Assembly: GCA_964016885.1 (NCBI GenBank)
Contig: CAXHJY010000426.1
Location: forward strand, 12,531-76,530
DNA length: 64,000 bases
Origin: Eledone cirrhosa
Taxonomy: Eukaryota
Reading direction: 5' to 3'
Part shown: one piece after another, positions 25,681 to 37,254 of the stretch
How the letters are laid out: the number at the start of each line of letters is the position of its first letter
How positions within the stretch are numbered: position 1 is the stretch's first letter
Notes under the pieces: generated by a model
Told to the model about the DNA's origin: nothing
Seen by the model: the letters and a program-made list of their open reading frames with translations, nothing else
Databases searched by the model: none
Program-made: the position numbers and the translations under genes

Positions 25681-26084
25681 TTAAAGGCAACACTTGTAAT
25701 AACTCTAGTTAAACATGATATATATTAATAATAAATTATCGTTGTAATGTAATTAGATTATATAATTGTTATTTTATAAATGATCTTATAAATATTATTG
25801 AGATGTATAAAAATATTTTCAGACTTTTAATATAAACAACTACAAAAAACAATCAATATTAAATAAATATATTTTACATAATAATTGTTATAGTTGAATT
25901 AATAAAAATTAAATATTACATACAAATAGTCTAACATAATAATAATAAAATAATCTAACATAAAACGAACAATAATATGGACAAATATACAAATAAATAC
26001 GATACAACCAATATTATAAGCATGTTATAACGAACTGAAAAAAAAAATAGTTAATATAAATTTAAAAAATCATATATAACTTAC

Positions 26085-26170
26085 CAAAACGAGAAAATTA
26101 TTTTGATGATAGAAGACGAATACAGGAGGAAGATTCGAAAGCGAAACGATAAATAAACGTGCAAACAAAG
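26085..26170 (-). other. Candidate non-coding first exon of a host gene (upper boundary approximate)
   Basis: Donor TTTG|gtaagt at 26084; locally CpG-rich; no ATG; directly downstream of clustered CCAAT boxes. Confidence 0.45.
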
Positions 26171-26199
26171 TAGCGGATGCTTTTGAGCAACAATTACTC

Positions 26200-26245
26200 C
26201 CATTGGTTGATTAGCCAATAAGACGATGAAATTAGCCAATGAGAT
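26200..26245. promoter_or_regulatory. Cluster of three CCAAT (NF-Y-type) boxes, putative promoter
   Basis: ATTGG 26202-26206 (aaccaatgg on minus), agCCAATaa 26215-26219, agCCAATga 26236-26240, in unique sequence that retains CpG. Confidence 0.55.
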
Positions 26246-26643
26246 GATACATTACAAAAGATGTTTGGCAGGGATCACCACGGCCAGCGAAACGCCTTGA
26301 ATTTTTTATTCACAAACTACGCATATATGTCAGACATGCAGACTTAAAACATTCTGTTGTTAGTCACTGCGTGTCTAACAGATAACGGGAGGAAACATAA
26401 TAGTACTACTGATGATGTCACAGATGTGTGACGAAAGAACTTTGATAGACTATATATATATATTTATATCTGTATTTTCAACTGTTGGTCAATCAATGAT
26501 AAACATTGATTGCCAAATAAATTAACTATGGAGAGATAAAAGATACAGAAGTGAAAACCAACCCAAACCAAACAGTGAGTGTGTTTTATTATTATTTCTG
26601 GCAATATTATAACAATATGACCCTCCCCAAGTATAATATATAT

Positions 26644-27050
26644 AGAGGATATGCGACGGCTGGAGAGAAATAAGGCAAGCATGCTCCGTTGGATGTGCAA
26701 TGTCAATGTGCGTGAACAGCCGAGCATGGATGTGTTGAGAGAGAAACTGTGTCTGAGAGGGATAAATTGTTGTGTGCGGGAGAGGAGACTGCTATGGTAT
26801 GGACATGTGATGCGTATGGAGAATGACCGATGGGTGAAGAAGTGCCAAGACATGCCAGTTGAAGGAAGACATAGTGGAGGAAAACCACGAAAAACATGGG
26901 CGGATGTGGTGAGAGCAGACCTCAGATAGCTGAAGCTCACGGTGGAGATGACAAAGGACCGTGACAAGTGGAGAGATGCTGTGCTTAATAGGACCCGTCC
27001 CACTCTTGCAAGCAGGGAAAAGCGGACGTAAAATGATGATGATGATGATA
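26644..27050 (+). mobile_element. RTE LINE family A, 3' fragment
   Basis: [29 protein letters not shown]; tail gcagggaaaagcggacgtaaaatgatgat. Confidence 0.92.
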
Positions 27051-27120
27051 TATATGTATGTATATATGTGTGTGTGTGTATAATATTAATAAATGGAAAA
27101 TATCTTTATAAAACCATATT

Positions 27121-27164
27121 TATTTTATTATACACATTTAAGTACGCTTTCATCAGATAAAATA
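27121..27164 (-). ncRNA. Decayed hammerhead ribozyme (G of GAAA missing), same family as 49685 and 50649
   Basis: tattttat-CTGATGA-aag cgta ctt-AAA-tgtgta-TA-ataaaata. Confidence 0.55.
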
Positions 27165-28032
27165 TATTTGGTGTTAAGATAATGACATATCTTCATGTGA
27201 ACTTAATGGTATAAGTCCAGTGAGGATAGTGAATAGAAAGGTTCAACACTCAAGGGATATATGCTAATGAGGATACCATTAAACCTGAAAAAAGCCATTA
27301 AATTTAGACGCTTGATAAATTTCAAAAATCCTTATTTATATTGTTTATGGGTTTGCTATTATAGGTTGAAAAATTATTTTAGAGTTAGTTATAGATATAT
27401 TCACCCAAAAATATATAGAAGGAATATTTCGAAGGAATCACATAATTATACTTAATTATTTTTTTTATTTTTTAATATATATTTTAAGAATATGGATATA
27501 TTTATAATATTTAGATGAGAATTATAATGAATTGTATTAAATTATAAACTATTAATTCATTAAAGCAATTACAACAATATAATATGTGAATGAATATACT
27601 CCGTATTTACATATATATACAAGTGCATTTATTTTTTTGCATATATTTTAATACTATGAATGTAGTTATAAATATAATGTATTGTAGTATATTATAAGAC
27701 ATTATTAAGTACCAGTAATGTACTGGGTAACTGCTGGCCTTGTGACTAAAATAGAAACAATTATTATATATCGTTATTTAAAAATAAATAATTATTTACT
27801 ACATAAATGATAATGTGTGAATATAGATCTTATTTAAGTATATATATATTTATAAATGAGCATAGGAGAGATCAAGTAATTATATGTATTTTATACATAT
27901 ACTTTAAGAATGTGAAACTAATTATATTTTTTAAGTAAAAATGTACAGTATTGTGGTATAATCTATTATTGTATATGGTTAGTAATATAATATTTAAACA
28001 GTTATGCAAGTTGAAATGTATTTTTTTTTTTT

Positions 28033-28401
28033 TCATTTTACATCCGCTTTTCCCTGCTTGCAAGGGTGGGACGGGAACTGATTCTGGCTTGATTTCTACA
28101 GCTGCATGCTCTTCCTAACACCAACCTCATTTACAGTGAGTGCTAGGTACTTTTTTTCCGTGGCGCCTACACTTTACAGTGTGGGCTGGGTGCTTTTTTT
28201 GCTGTGACACCTCCATGACCACTTTGCAGTGGAATGATAGGGACCCCAGTCCCTATCATCTGATTTTTACAGCTGAGTAAACTGGAGCAATGTGAAATAA
28301 AGTGTCTTGCTCAAGGAAACAACACATCACCCAGTCTGAGAATTGAACTCACAACCTTTCGATTGCAAGGCCAATGCTCTAACCACTAAGCCATGTGCCT
28401 C
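28033..28401 (-). mobile_element. tRNA-derived CORE-like SINE, family 1, with RTE-A tail
   Basis: A box tggcttagtgg, B box gagttcaattc, ccttgagcaagacactt core, RTE-A 3' tail. Confidence 0.9.
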
Positions 28402-30093
28402 TATTGTATTGTATATGTGAATTGTAAACGAAGAAATATTTGGGTAGATAACTCTAATATTTAGTATTTTAAAGAATGCTTACGATAGATATTTAATAAT
28501 ATATTGTTTCATCTAATGTTTACCATAATTATTAATTATAATTTATATAATATTTTTTTACATTATATAAGAAATATTTCTCTGTATTAAATTTTAAAAT
28601 ATTTAAAAATATTTGTATTTATATTGTACATAGGCAACTTATATAGACCATATTGTAGTAGGTTCTATAAATTATAAATATTGTGAAATGTTCTGGAGAA
28701 TCGATGCAAACAAGAATTAAATATTTCATTTTTTTTGTTAATAATATTACCAGGGTTGGTAATTATATGAAAGATTTCTTCAATACAGACATGACAAATT
28801 CGTGAGAATGCCATATTTTGGTAAACCGGCACATTCGATGATATTTTTCTCCAAGAGATTGAATAGTCAATGTTATTGTCTTTTAAAGACCAAATTAGTT
28901 GTGACAGTGAGGTTGAGAATTTTTTATCCAATCATTTGAAAGTATGTTTATGATTATACCAACGCTCCTTAAATTTTGAAGAAGTTGCTCCTATATAGTT
29001 ATAGTGCCTATCCATAGTTTTTATGGGATATTTGTATACTAAATTCTATCAAGGCAATTATTCTGTAAAGGGCATAAGATGTTATTCCTGCAATTACATT
29101 TCCTTATATTGTTATTTAAAGATACCATATTATTATTCATGTATTCGCTATAATTATTATTATTATTATTCGTAATGATATTAATTATATTGTTATTTGA
29201 GTTTACTTCAGTTAGGTTTAATTTTAAATTCCTATTATTAATTCTAGCAATATTCTGAGCTACATTCATAGTTGCAGAGTAAGAGAGCTTGACTGTATGT
29301 CTGTTAAAAATGGAGTGATACTTATGGGACTTAGGAAAACATTTATCTAGAGCCAAATTATATTTCTAGTTCTGGCTTTTCTATTTGATTTATTATTTTG
29401 GTTAATTTGTTTAAATTTATTATTACTATAATAAACTTTAGGAGGTTGGTTTTTACTATTCCTATCTATGTAGTTAATTTTATTATTGTATCCAGCTCTG
29501 TGTAGTGCGTCATTATAATATTCTGCTTTGTTATCAAATATATTTTTATTAGCTGAGAGTCTAGATATTCTTAGCTGGACACTATTAGCTATAGATTTTT
29601 TAACGTTTTTAGGGTGGTTTGAGTAGAAGCTGACATAATTTAGGTTTCATTAATGTTATGGAACAGGTAATATAGGCCGGAGTTAAGGTTTAATGTAACA
29701 TCTAAGAAATTAACTATTTTATTATTGCCTTCTATTTCTAACTTAAGGTCGTAATTATTAAAGAAGTCTATAATAATTTTCTTTTTTCTGCTATCACTAT
29801 TGTTGTTTATCTACTATGAATAATGCCATGTCACGATACAAGCCTCCAGCAATTTCCAGTATTTTCCTATGTAAAAAGTTAAGAGTGAAGATGCCAACGA
29901 GGTCTGTAACCTGAGCTGAGTCCAAAGAACCCATTGTAATATCAAAATTCTACAGTCTATCAGCTCTAGTCCAGAGATCGTTGTTAAATTCAATAAGAGT
30001 TTTTCGTGCAGTTAATATAATGTTTATTTCTTCGCTAGATAAGTTAGTATGCTTGGATGCGTATATTAGTGCTATATTAAGTAAATTAGGAGA

Positions 30094-30715
30094 TCATCAT
30101 CATCATTTTACGTCCGCTTTTCCCTGCTTGCAAGGGTGGGATGGGTCTTATTCAGCACAGCATCTCGCCACTTGTCACAGCCCTTCGTCATCCCCACCGT
30201 GAGCTTCAATGATCTGAGGTCTGCTCTCAGTCTTCTCTCCTGCACACCAAAACTTATCCCTCTTATACACAGTTTCTCTCTCAACACATCTATGGTCATT
30301 CACGCACACTGACATTGCACATCCAACGGAGCATACTTGCCTCATTTCTCTCCAGCCGTCGCATATCTTCTGCAGTTGCTGCCCATGTCACACTACTATG
30401 CAGTATTGCACATCTCACACAGGCATCATATAACTGGCCTTTCGTATGCAGGGAGAAACCCTTCTTTGTCAACAGAGGAAGCAGATTCCTAAACTTCTTC
30501 CAACCCGTCCTTATTCTAGATACTATGGCCTCGGAACACCCCTCTACCATGCTAATCTGATCACCTAGGTACTGGAAGCTATCAACCACTTCTATAGAAC
30601 CCACCTGCATTTGAAAGATGTGTCTATCACTGCGATTACTACTGTCAACTTTCCCTGTACATCTACTGCATACGTAGTTTTCCCTACTGTCTCACTACAT
30701 CGCTTGTGTACCCAA
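30094..30715 (-). mobile_element. RTE LINE family A, 3' fragment
   Basis: VDSFQYLGDQI..GWKKF..LYDACVR..; (GAT)n tail at 30094. Confidence 0.92.
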
Positions 30716-30741
30716 GATATATATACATATATATATATAGA

Positions 30742-30858
30742 AACCAGTAAGACCCCGACAGCTGAGCTCAAGCCGTTTCGACGGCTAATTCTGGACTGAA
30801 TTAGTCCAGAATTAACCGTCGAAACGGCTTGAGCTCAGCTGTCGGGGTCTTACTGGTT
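30742..30858. repeat. Near-perfect palindrome (56-bp arms, 5-nt loop) containing a half hammerhead; PLE pLTR remnant
   Basis: Arms 30742-30797 and 30803-30858 with one mismatch. Right arm reads GAAA-cggc ttgagctca gctg-TC^-gggg. Confidence 0.9.
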
Positions 30859-30989
30859 CCTATTACCCACTCTACTACCTCAAGTATTGAGTACTTTGGT
30901 GCGTTATGGTCCACCTGGTTCCTTACCACATTTCCTTCGTTATATATATATATATATATGTAGATAAATCTACCAAAAGTTTACGGTAG

Positions 30990-31031
<42 letters not shown>

Positions 31032-31152
31032 ATATATATATGTATATTTCGTATCTCCAAAGAAATACGGTTTTAGGAAGCCGTAGCTATGCAAACACCG
31101 GGGGGGGGGGGCTAACGCCCTCTGGTGATGTCTAGCAGAAGCAAGGGGGACA

Positions 31153-31196
31153 ACCGTCTATGCATTTCAGGCTTAACTGGCCTTCGTCAGGACGGT
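31153..31196 (-). ncRNA. Minimal type I hammerhead ribozyme
   Basis: accgtc-CTGACGA-aggc cagttaa gcct-GAAA-tgca-TA^-gacggt; perfect stems I and II; palindromic ATGCAT stem III typical of dimer-acting PLE hammerheads. Confidence 0.88.
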
Positions 31197-31376
31197 CCCT
31201 CCCACCGCTTGCGACTACTGGACTAGAAGACAAGCGAGAATATATAGTTTCCTCGTCTGTGTAAATGATGTGATTAATCTCATTTGCATATGAAGCTGCA
31301 TAAGTTGGCTCAACTTATAATGAAAAAGAAATAGGATTTCACTTCAAGCATAATATAAATATATATATATATATAT

Positions 31377-31918
31377 AATATTAATAATAACATTCAATTC
31401 GTTTGCAATTATGCAAACAAGCCTGTCAGTAGAATGAACCCTTCATTCTTGCTCTTGTGTTGGCATGCGAACAGAACTGCAGACACTAATGTTTCTGGGT
31501 ATCACCCTTCATCAGTACAGCTCACTGTTCACCTGCCAAACTGTCAGAGCTAGTGAAAATATATGCTATTTTCAAAAATAGTGACTGATTGGCCTGATTT
31601 GCATATTAGCAGACTGGCTGATCAGTCAGATCTGCATATTAGCAGATGCACTAATCAGCCAGATTTGCATATCAGCAGTCTGGCCAGTCAGTTTCCTGTA
31701 TATGAGCGATAAATGGCCAGCTTTGCCAAATTCAAATAAAAAAGAAAATTTCACTCTACATAGCTGAATACAATAAATATAATCTGAGTTTTTCGAATAT
31801 TAATAATAACATTTGATTTGTTTGCATTTATGCAAACAAGCCTCAATATTATAGCCCTGTCAGTAGAATGAACACTTCATTCTTGCTCTTGTGTTGGCAT
31901 GAAGTGTTCATTCTACTT
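31377..31918 (-). mobile_element. Retrozyme-like non-coding element (~420-435-nt unit, terminal direct repeat, one HHR)
   Basis: Direct repeats 31377-31467 and 31796-31901; HHR 31469-31530; no ORF. Confidence 0.7.
31469..31530 (-). ncRNA. Type I hammerhead ribozyme
   Basis: gaacag..gctgta-CTGATGA-a gggt gat accc a-GAAA-cat ta gtg-TC^-tgcagt..ctgttc; GTC cleavage between 31482 and 31481. Confidence 0.88.
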
Positions 31919-31919
31919 T

Positions 31920-34900
31920 TACAAACAGCCTCAATGACAGAGGCCAGAGACATCGTTATGTTAGCAGGGGATTTCAATGGACATGTTGGACAGCTCCAGG
32001 ATGGATACACTGGGGTACATGGAGGGCACGGTTATGGCTCAAGAAATGAAGGAGTGGGACTTCTTGAATTTTGTGATGCAAATGCATTAACCATTTGCAA
32101 CACTAACTTCCAGAAGCCTACCAACCACCTAATAACCTACAAATCAGGCGAGCACATAAGCCAGATTGACTTCTGCTAGTTAGACAGCGAGACAGACAGA
32201 TGGTGTCAAATACTAAGGCAAACCCTGGGGAAGAATGTACCCCACAGCATAGGTTAGTCGTTAGTGACATCTCAGTAAGTATGAGAAAGAATAAGACATA
32301 CAGGAAGGTGTGGAAGAAAAGGTCTGGAAGCTAAAAGACCTTTCATTAAAATATAAATTTAGCAAAGCCCTTCAAGACAAGTATGATGAAAAAGAAGACG
32401 ATTTAGAGTTGTATGATGATAACTGGAATTTCTTACGTGACAACTTACTGCAGGCTACTGAAGAAACTTGTGGTTGGGGGCTGAGCTTCAACCAGACAGT
32501 GAGTGACCTGGTGGTGGAACACCACAGTAGATAGGGCCATTAGAGACAAAAGACTGGCATGGAAGGCTTGGAAAAATGGTGGGAGTAGGGAAGGATACAC
32601 AGCTGCTAGGAGAGAAGCTAGAGGTCAAGTGTACTTAGCACGCAGGGAGGCTGAGAGTAGGAGGTTTGCCAATGTTCTGGGACAGGAAGATCAGAGACGT
32701 GCGGTCTTCTGCATTGCAAGGCAGTGTGTCAGTGAAAATCCGGATGTTATTGGAGATAAATGGTCCCACCCTTGCAAGCAAGGAAAAGCAGACGTACAAT
32801 GATGATGATGATGATGAAATGTGTCCGGAATGATGCTGGTGTACTTAGTGTCATAAATGATCAAAAAAAGGAGGCCTGGAAATGTCACTATGAGAGACTG
32901 ATGAATGTGGAGAATGAATGGGACAGGAGAGAAATTACCCCCAGTAGACCCAACAGAGGGACCAGCTATTGAGATTGACGAATATAGGTTACAAGAGGCA
33001 ATTAAAGAAGTGAAGAATGGTAAGGCTGCTGGACCGTCGAGGATAGTTGCTGAGATGCTGAAGGCATCAGGAGAAGTAGGCACTAAACTGGTTGCAGGCA
33101 TCATCAATCAAGCTATATATGGTGGTGTCATACCCAAAGACTGGTGCAGCAGTATTCTCATAAATTGCTACAAAGGAGCAATTATAAGCTGATGGATCAG
33201 GTTATGAAAGTAGCAGAGAGAATATTAGCGCATCTGATTAGAGAAAGGGTCAAATTAGATGAGATGCAGTTTGGTTTTGTGCCTCGGGAAAGTACAACAG
33301 ATGCCCTCTTCTTAGTGAGGCAACTACAAGAGAAGTTCTTAGAGAGGAATAAGCCACTATACTTAACCTTTGTTGACCTAGAGAAGGCCTTTTATAGAGT
33401 ACCTCGATCTGTCATCTGGTGGTCCCAAAGGAAACTAAGTGTAGAGGAATGGCTTGTGAGGACAGTGCAAGCTATGTACGGGGTGATGTCAGTAAAGTGA
33501 GGGTAGGAATGGAGTTTAGTGAGGAATTCCAGATACAAGTAGGTGTACACACACACACACAGACACACACACACACACACATATATATATTTAAAAGAAG
33601 TTCCATATATTTTATTATGCGCATTTCGAAAACAACATCATCCTGGGACAAAAAAAAAAATATATATATATATATGTACATATATATATATATATTGTGG
33701 TACCAAGATAACTATATATATATGTACATATATATATATATATAGTTATCTTGGTACCACAACATCCAGTCCAAAATAAATGATGTGTAGGTGTCACAAC
33801 AAAAAAACACAGTCCACGCTGTAATGTGGTCATGTAGGTAACATGGTAAAAACCTCCCAGTTCCACACTGTAAATATGGTTGGTGTTAGGAAGGGCATCT
33901 AGCCGTAGAAAACCTGCCAGACAGCCCTATACGAGCGAGACATTGTCACCTGACAAATCTTGCCTCAAGTAGGACAATTCCTGTCTAAACCCATGCTAGC
34001 ATGGAAGATAGACGTTAAACGTTGATGATGATGATATATATATATATATAAATCATCATCATCATCAGTAAAGTGAGAGTAGGAATGGAGTTTAGTGATG
34101 AATTCCAGACACAAGTAGGTGTTCATCAAGGTTCGGTCCTCAGCCCGCTCTTGTTCATTATAGTCCTCCAAGCCATAACAGAGGAGTTTAAGACTGGATG
34201 CCCATGGAAACTTCTCTATGCTGATGATCTGGTTCTTATAGCAGAATCAGTAGAGGAGCTAGAGAATAAATTCTGGCTATGGAAACAGCAGTTGGAAGCA
34301 AGAGGACTGAGAGTGAACCTAGCTAACACAAAAGTGTTGATGAGTAGAAGAGAGGACAAAGCTCTGATTCTGTCAGGGAAATGGCCATGTTCGATATGTA
34401 GGAAAGGAACTGGCATAAATTCCATAGAATGTACGCAGTGCAGATCTTGGGTACACAAGAGATGTAGTAGGGAGAAATATGTATGCACTAGATGTAGAGG
34501 GAAAGTTGGCAGTAGTAATCACAGTGATAGACACATTTTTCCAATGCAGGTGGGTTCTATAGAAGTGGTTGATAGCTTCCGGTACCAATTACACCTCTCA
34601 AAGGCACATGACCGTGACCTCTGGTGTCACGCAGTAATATAGAAGACCCGACCGCCCCACGGGTACAAGCCGAAGCTGAAGCATATAGACAATATGTGCC
34701 CACCAACTCCCACTGCAAAGTGGTCGTGGAGGTGCCATGGCAAAAAAGCATCCAGCCCACACTGTAAAGTGGATGTGTAGGCGCCACGGAAAAAAGCACC
34801 CAGCACTCACTGTAAATGAGGTTGGTGTTAGGAAGGGCATCCAGCTGTAGAAATCTAGCCAGAATCAGGTCCCGTATGAGCAAGACAGGGAAAAGCGGAC

Positions 34901-34920
34901 GTAAAATGATGATGATGATA
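31920..34920 (+). mobile_element. Decayed, mosaic RTE LINE family A with nested insertions (32761-32815, ~33547-34063)
   Basis: [49 protein letters not shown]; stops and frameshifts; ends in (GAT)n tail. Confidence 0.9.
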
Positions 34921-35036
34921 TATATGTATATAAATATATATTTATATATATAAATATATAAATATATATTTATATATATAAATATATAAATATATATGTT
35001 TATATATTTTTATATATATCTATATATATATATATA

Positions 35037-35290
35037 CAATGATATTAAATAAATGGAAACTATATTTATAAAACCATATTTATTCTATTATATATATTTC
35101 AAGGGTACCAAAAAAAAAAAAACTTTGGTACGTTTTCATAAAATACAAAGAGTGTTTTATAAATTTTTACATAACCAAGGAAGTCATACTTTATCAGTTG
35201 AATTTTCTTATTGAATACTTACTCCAGAAATCTGTCGAGTACTCTGAATCAGTTATAAACATTTCCAACAAATTAAATATCCCTTCTACT
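35037..35290. mobile_element. PLE pLTR remnant in divergent arrangement (half HHR on minus strand, tail on plus strand)
   Basis: Minus 35110-35040: ctt-GAAA-tatata-TA-atagaata..ggttttataaatatagtttcc, matching 49730-49790. Plus ~35220-35270 actccagaaatctgtcgagtact matches ~49797-49830. Confidence 0.65.
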
Positions 35291-35341
35291 TATATATATA
35301 TATATATATTTATGTATATCTATATATATATATTTATATAT

Positions 35342-37170
35342 TGATCCAATAGAGGGACCAGCAGTGCAAGTTGAAGGTAGTATAATAAGTAAGGCAATCA
35401 AAGATATGAAGACAGGCAAGGCAGCTGGGCCTTCGGAGATAGTTACTGAAATGCTGAAAGCATCTGGATCGGTGGGACACACTACGGTCACCCGTATAGT
35501 AAACCAAGTCATACAGAATGGGGTCATACCAAATGACTGGCGTAGCAGCATCATCATTAACTGCTACAAGAGTAAACGAGATGCCCTAGATATGGGGAAA
35601 CTATACAGCCATTAAATTAATTGACCAGGTCATGAAGGTCACAGAAAGAGTTATAGCGCAACTAATCAGAGAGCGAATTGATCTAGATGAAATGCAGTTT
35701 GGGTTTGTGTCAGGTAAAAATACCACAGACGCTCTTTTCATTGTACGACAACTACAGGAGAAGTTCCTAGCTAAAGGTAAACCCCTCTACTTAGCTTTTG
35801 TTGACTTGGAGGACCCTTTGACAGAGTACCCCGCCCCATTATCTCCTATTTATTATTGCCCTTCAGGCTATAACAGAGGAGTTCAAGACAGTCTGCCCAT
35901 GGGAACTTCTATATGCAGATGATCTAACGCTCATAGCTGAATCAATAGCTGAACTAGAGAAGAAATTCCAAACATGGAAGCAAGGCCTAGAATCAAAAGG
36001 CCTTCAAATTAACTTGTCTAAGACTAAAGTTCTAGTATCTTGGAAGGAAAATAGGGCACTGGTCCCCCCTGGGAAATGGCCATGCTCAGTGTGTATGAAA
36101 GGAGTAGGTAGAAACTCCATTTTATGTCCCAAATGCAAAGTATGGGTGCATAAAAGATGTAGTGGGTTCACAGGTAAGCTATCTAAGAACATAGATTTTA
36201 TATGTGGCCAGTGCTCAGGTGCAATAAGTAGTAGCAAGTGCACACAGGATACTAGCTCCTTCCATTGCCCAGATGGTTCTATAGAAATAGTGGACACCTT
36301 CTGTTACCTGGGTGACAAAATCAACAGTGGTGGAAGGAGCTCTGAAAGTACAGTAGCCAGAGTCAGAACGGGATGGAAAAAGTTCAGAGAGCTTATACCA
36401 CTATTGGCCGCTAAAGGTTTCTCTCTAAAAATGAAAGGCAGATTGTATGATGCCTGTATACGAACAGCAATGTTACATGGCAGTGAGACATGGGCATTGT
36501 GTGCAGAGGAACGAAGCTTGCATGCTCCATTGGATGTGTAATAGTAATATACGTGAACAGCAAAGCATAAATGAACTAAGTGAGAAATTAGGAATAAGAG
36601 GGATCAGATGTTGTTTACTCGAGAGACGACTACGTTGGCATGGTCATGTGATGCGCATGAAAGACAACTGCTGTATAAAAAAGTGCAGGGCGATCAAAAT
36701 TGATGGAAGCTATGGAGTAGGCAGACCCAGAAAAACCTGGGACGATTTGATAAATTCCGAACTTACACACATACACCTCTCTAAGATCTTTGGCACTACG
36801 CAGTAATACAGAAGACCCATCTTGCCTAAGTACAACGCAAAACCTACTACTACTCCTACCCCCACCCACACCACCCCTTTTTCTGTAAAGTTATGTTGGT
36901 ACCACAACACCCGGTCCTAAATAAATGAGGTCGTGTAGGTGCGACGACAAAAAAACACACTGTCCACGCTATAATGTGGCCGTGTAGGTAACACGGTAAA
37001 AACTTCCCAGTCCACACTGTAAACGTGGATGATGTTAGGAAGGGCATCCAACCATAGAAAACCTGCCAGACAGTTCTATGTGAGCGAGACAACCAATCTT
37101 GCCTCAAGTGGGACAATTCCCATCTAAACCCATGCTAGCGTGGAAGATAGACGTTAAACGATGATGATGA
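35342..37170 (+). mobile_element. RTE LINE family B, 5'-truncated, internally deleted, with 3' UTR
   Basis: KAAGPSEIVTEML, EMQFGF, CSVC..HKRC..CGQC, LHGSETW, PRKTW; tail gacgttaaacgatgatgat. Confidence 0.92.
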
Positions 37171-37211
37171 TATTTATATATATATATATATATATATGTG
37201 AAGTATTTCCG

Positions 37212-37251
<40 letters not shown>

Positions 37252-37254
<3 letters not shown>

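Larger units (their letters stand above)
27080..30093 (-). mobile_element. Naiad-type PLE, 5'-truncated and decayed: RT, GIY-YIG, long 3' UTR, pLTR
   Basis: Minus strand MGSLDSAQVTDLVG, GLYRD, NFLDVTLNL, CNCRNNILCPLQNNC, YIGATSS, CHVCIEE..SCLHR. Homologous to 46121-49870. pLTR with decayed HHR at 27121-27164. Confidence 0.88.
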
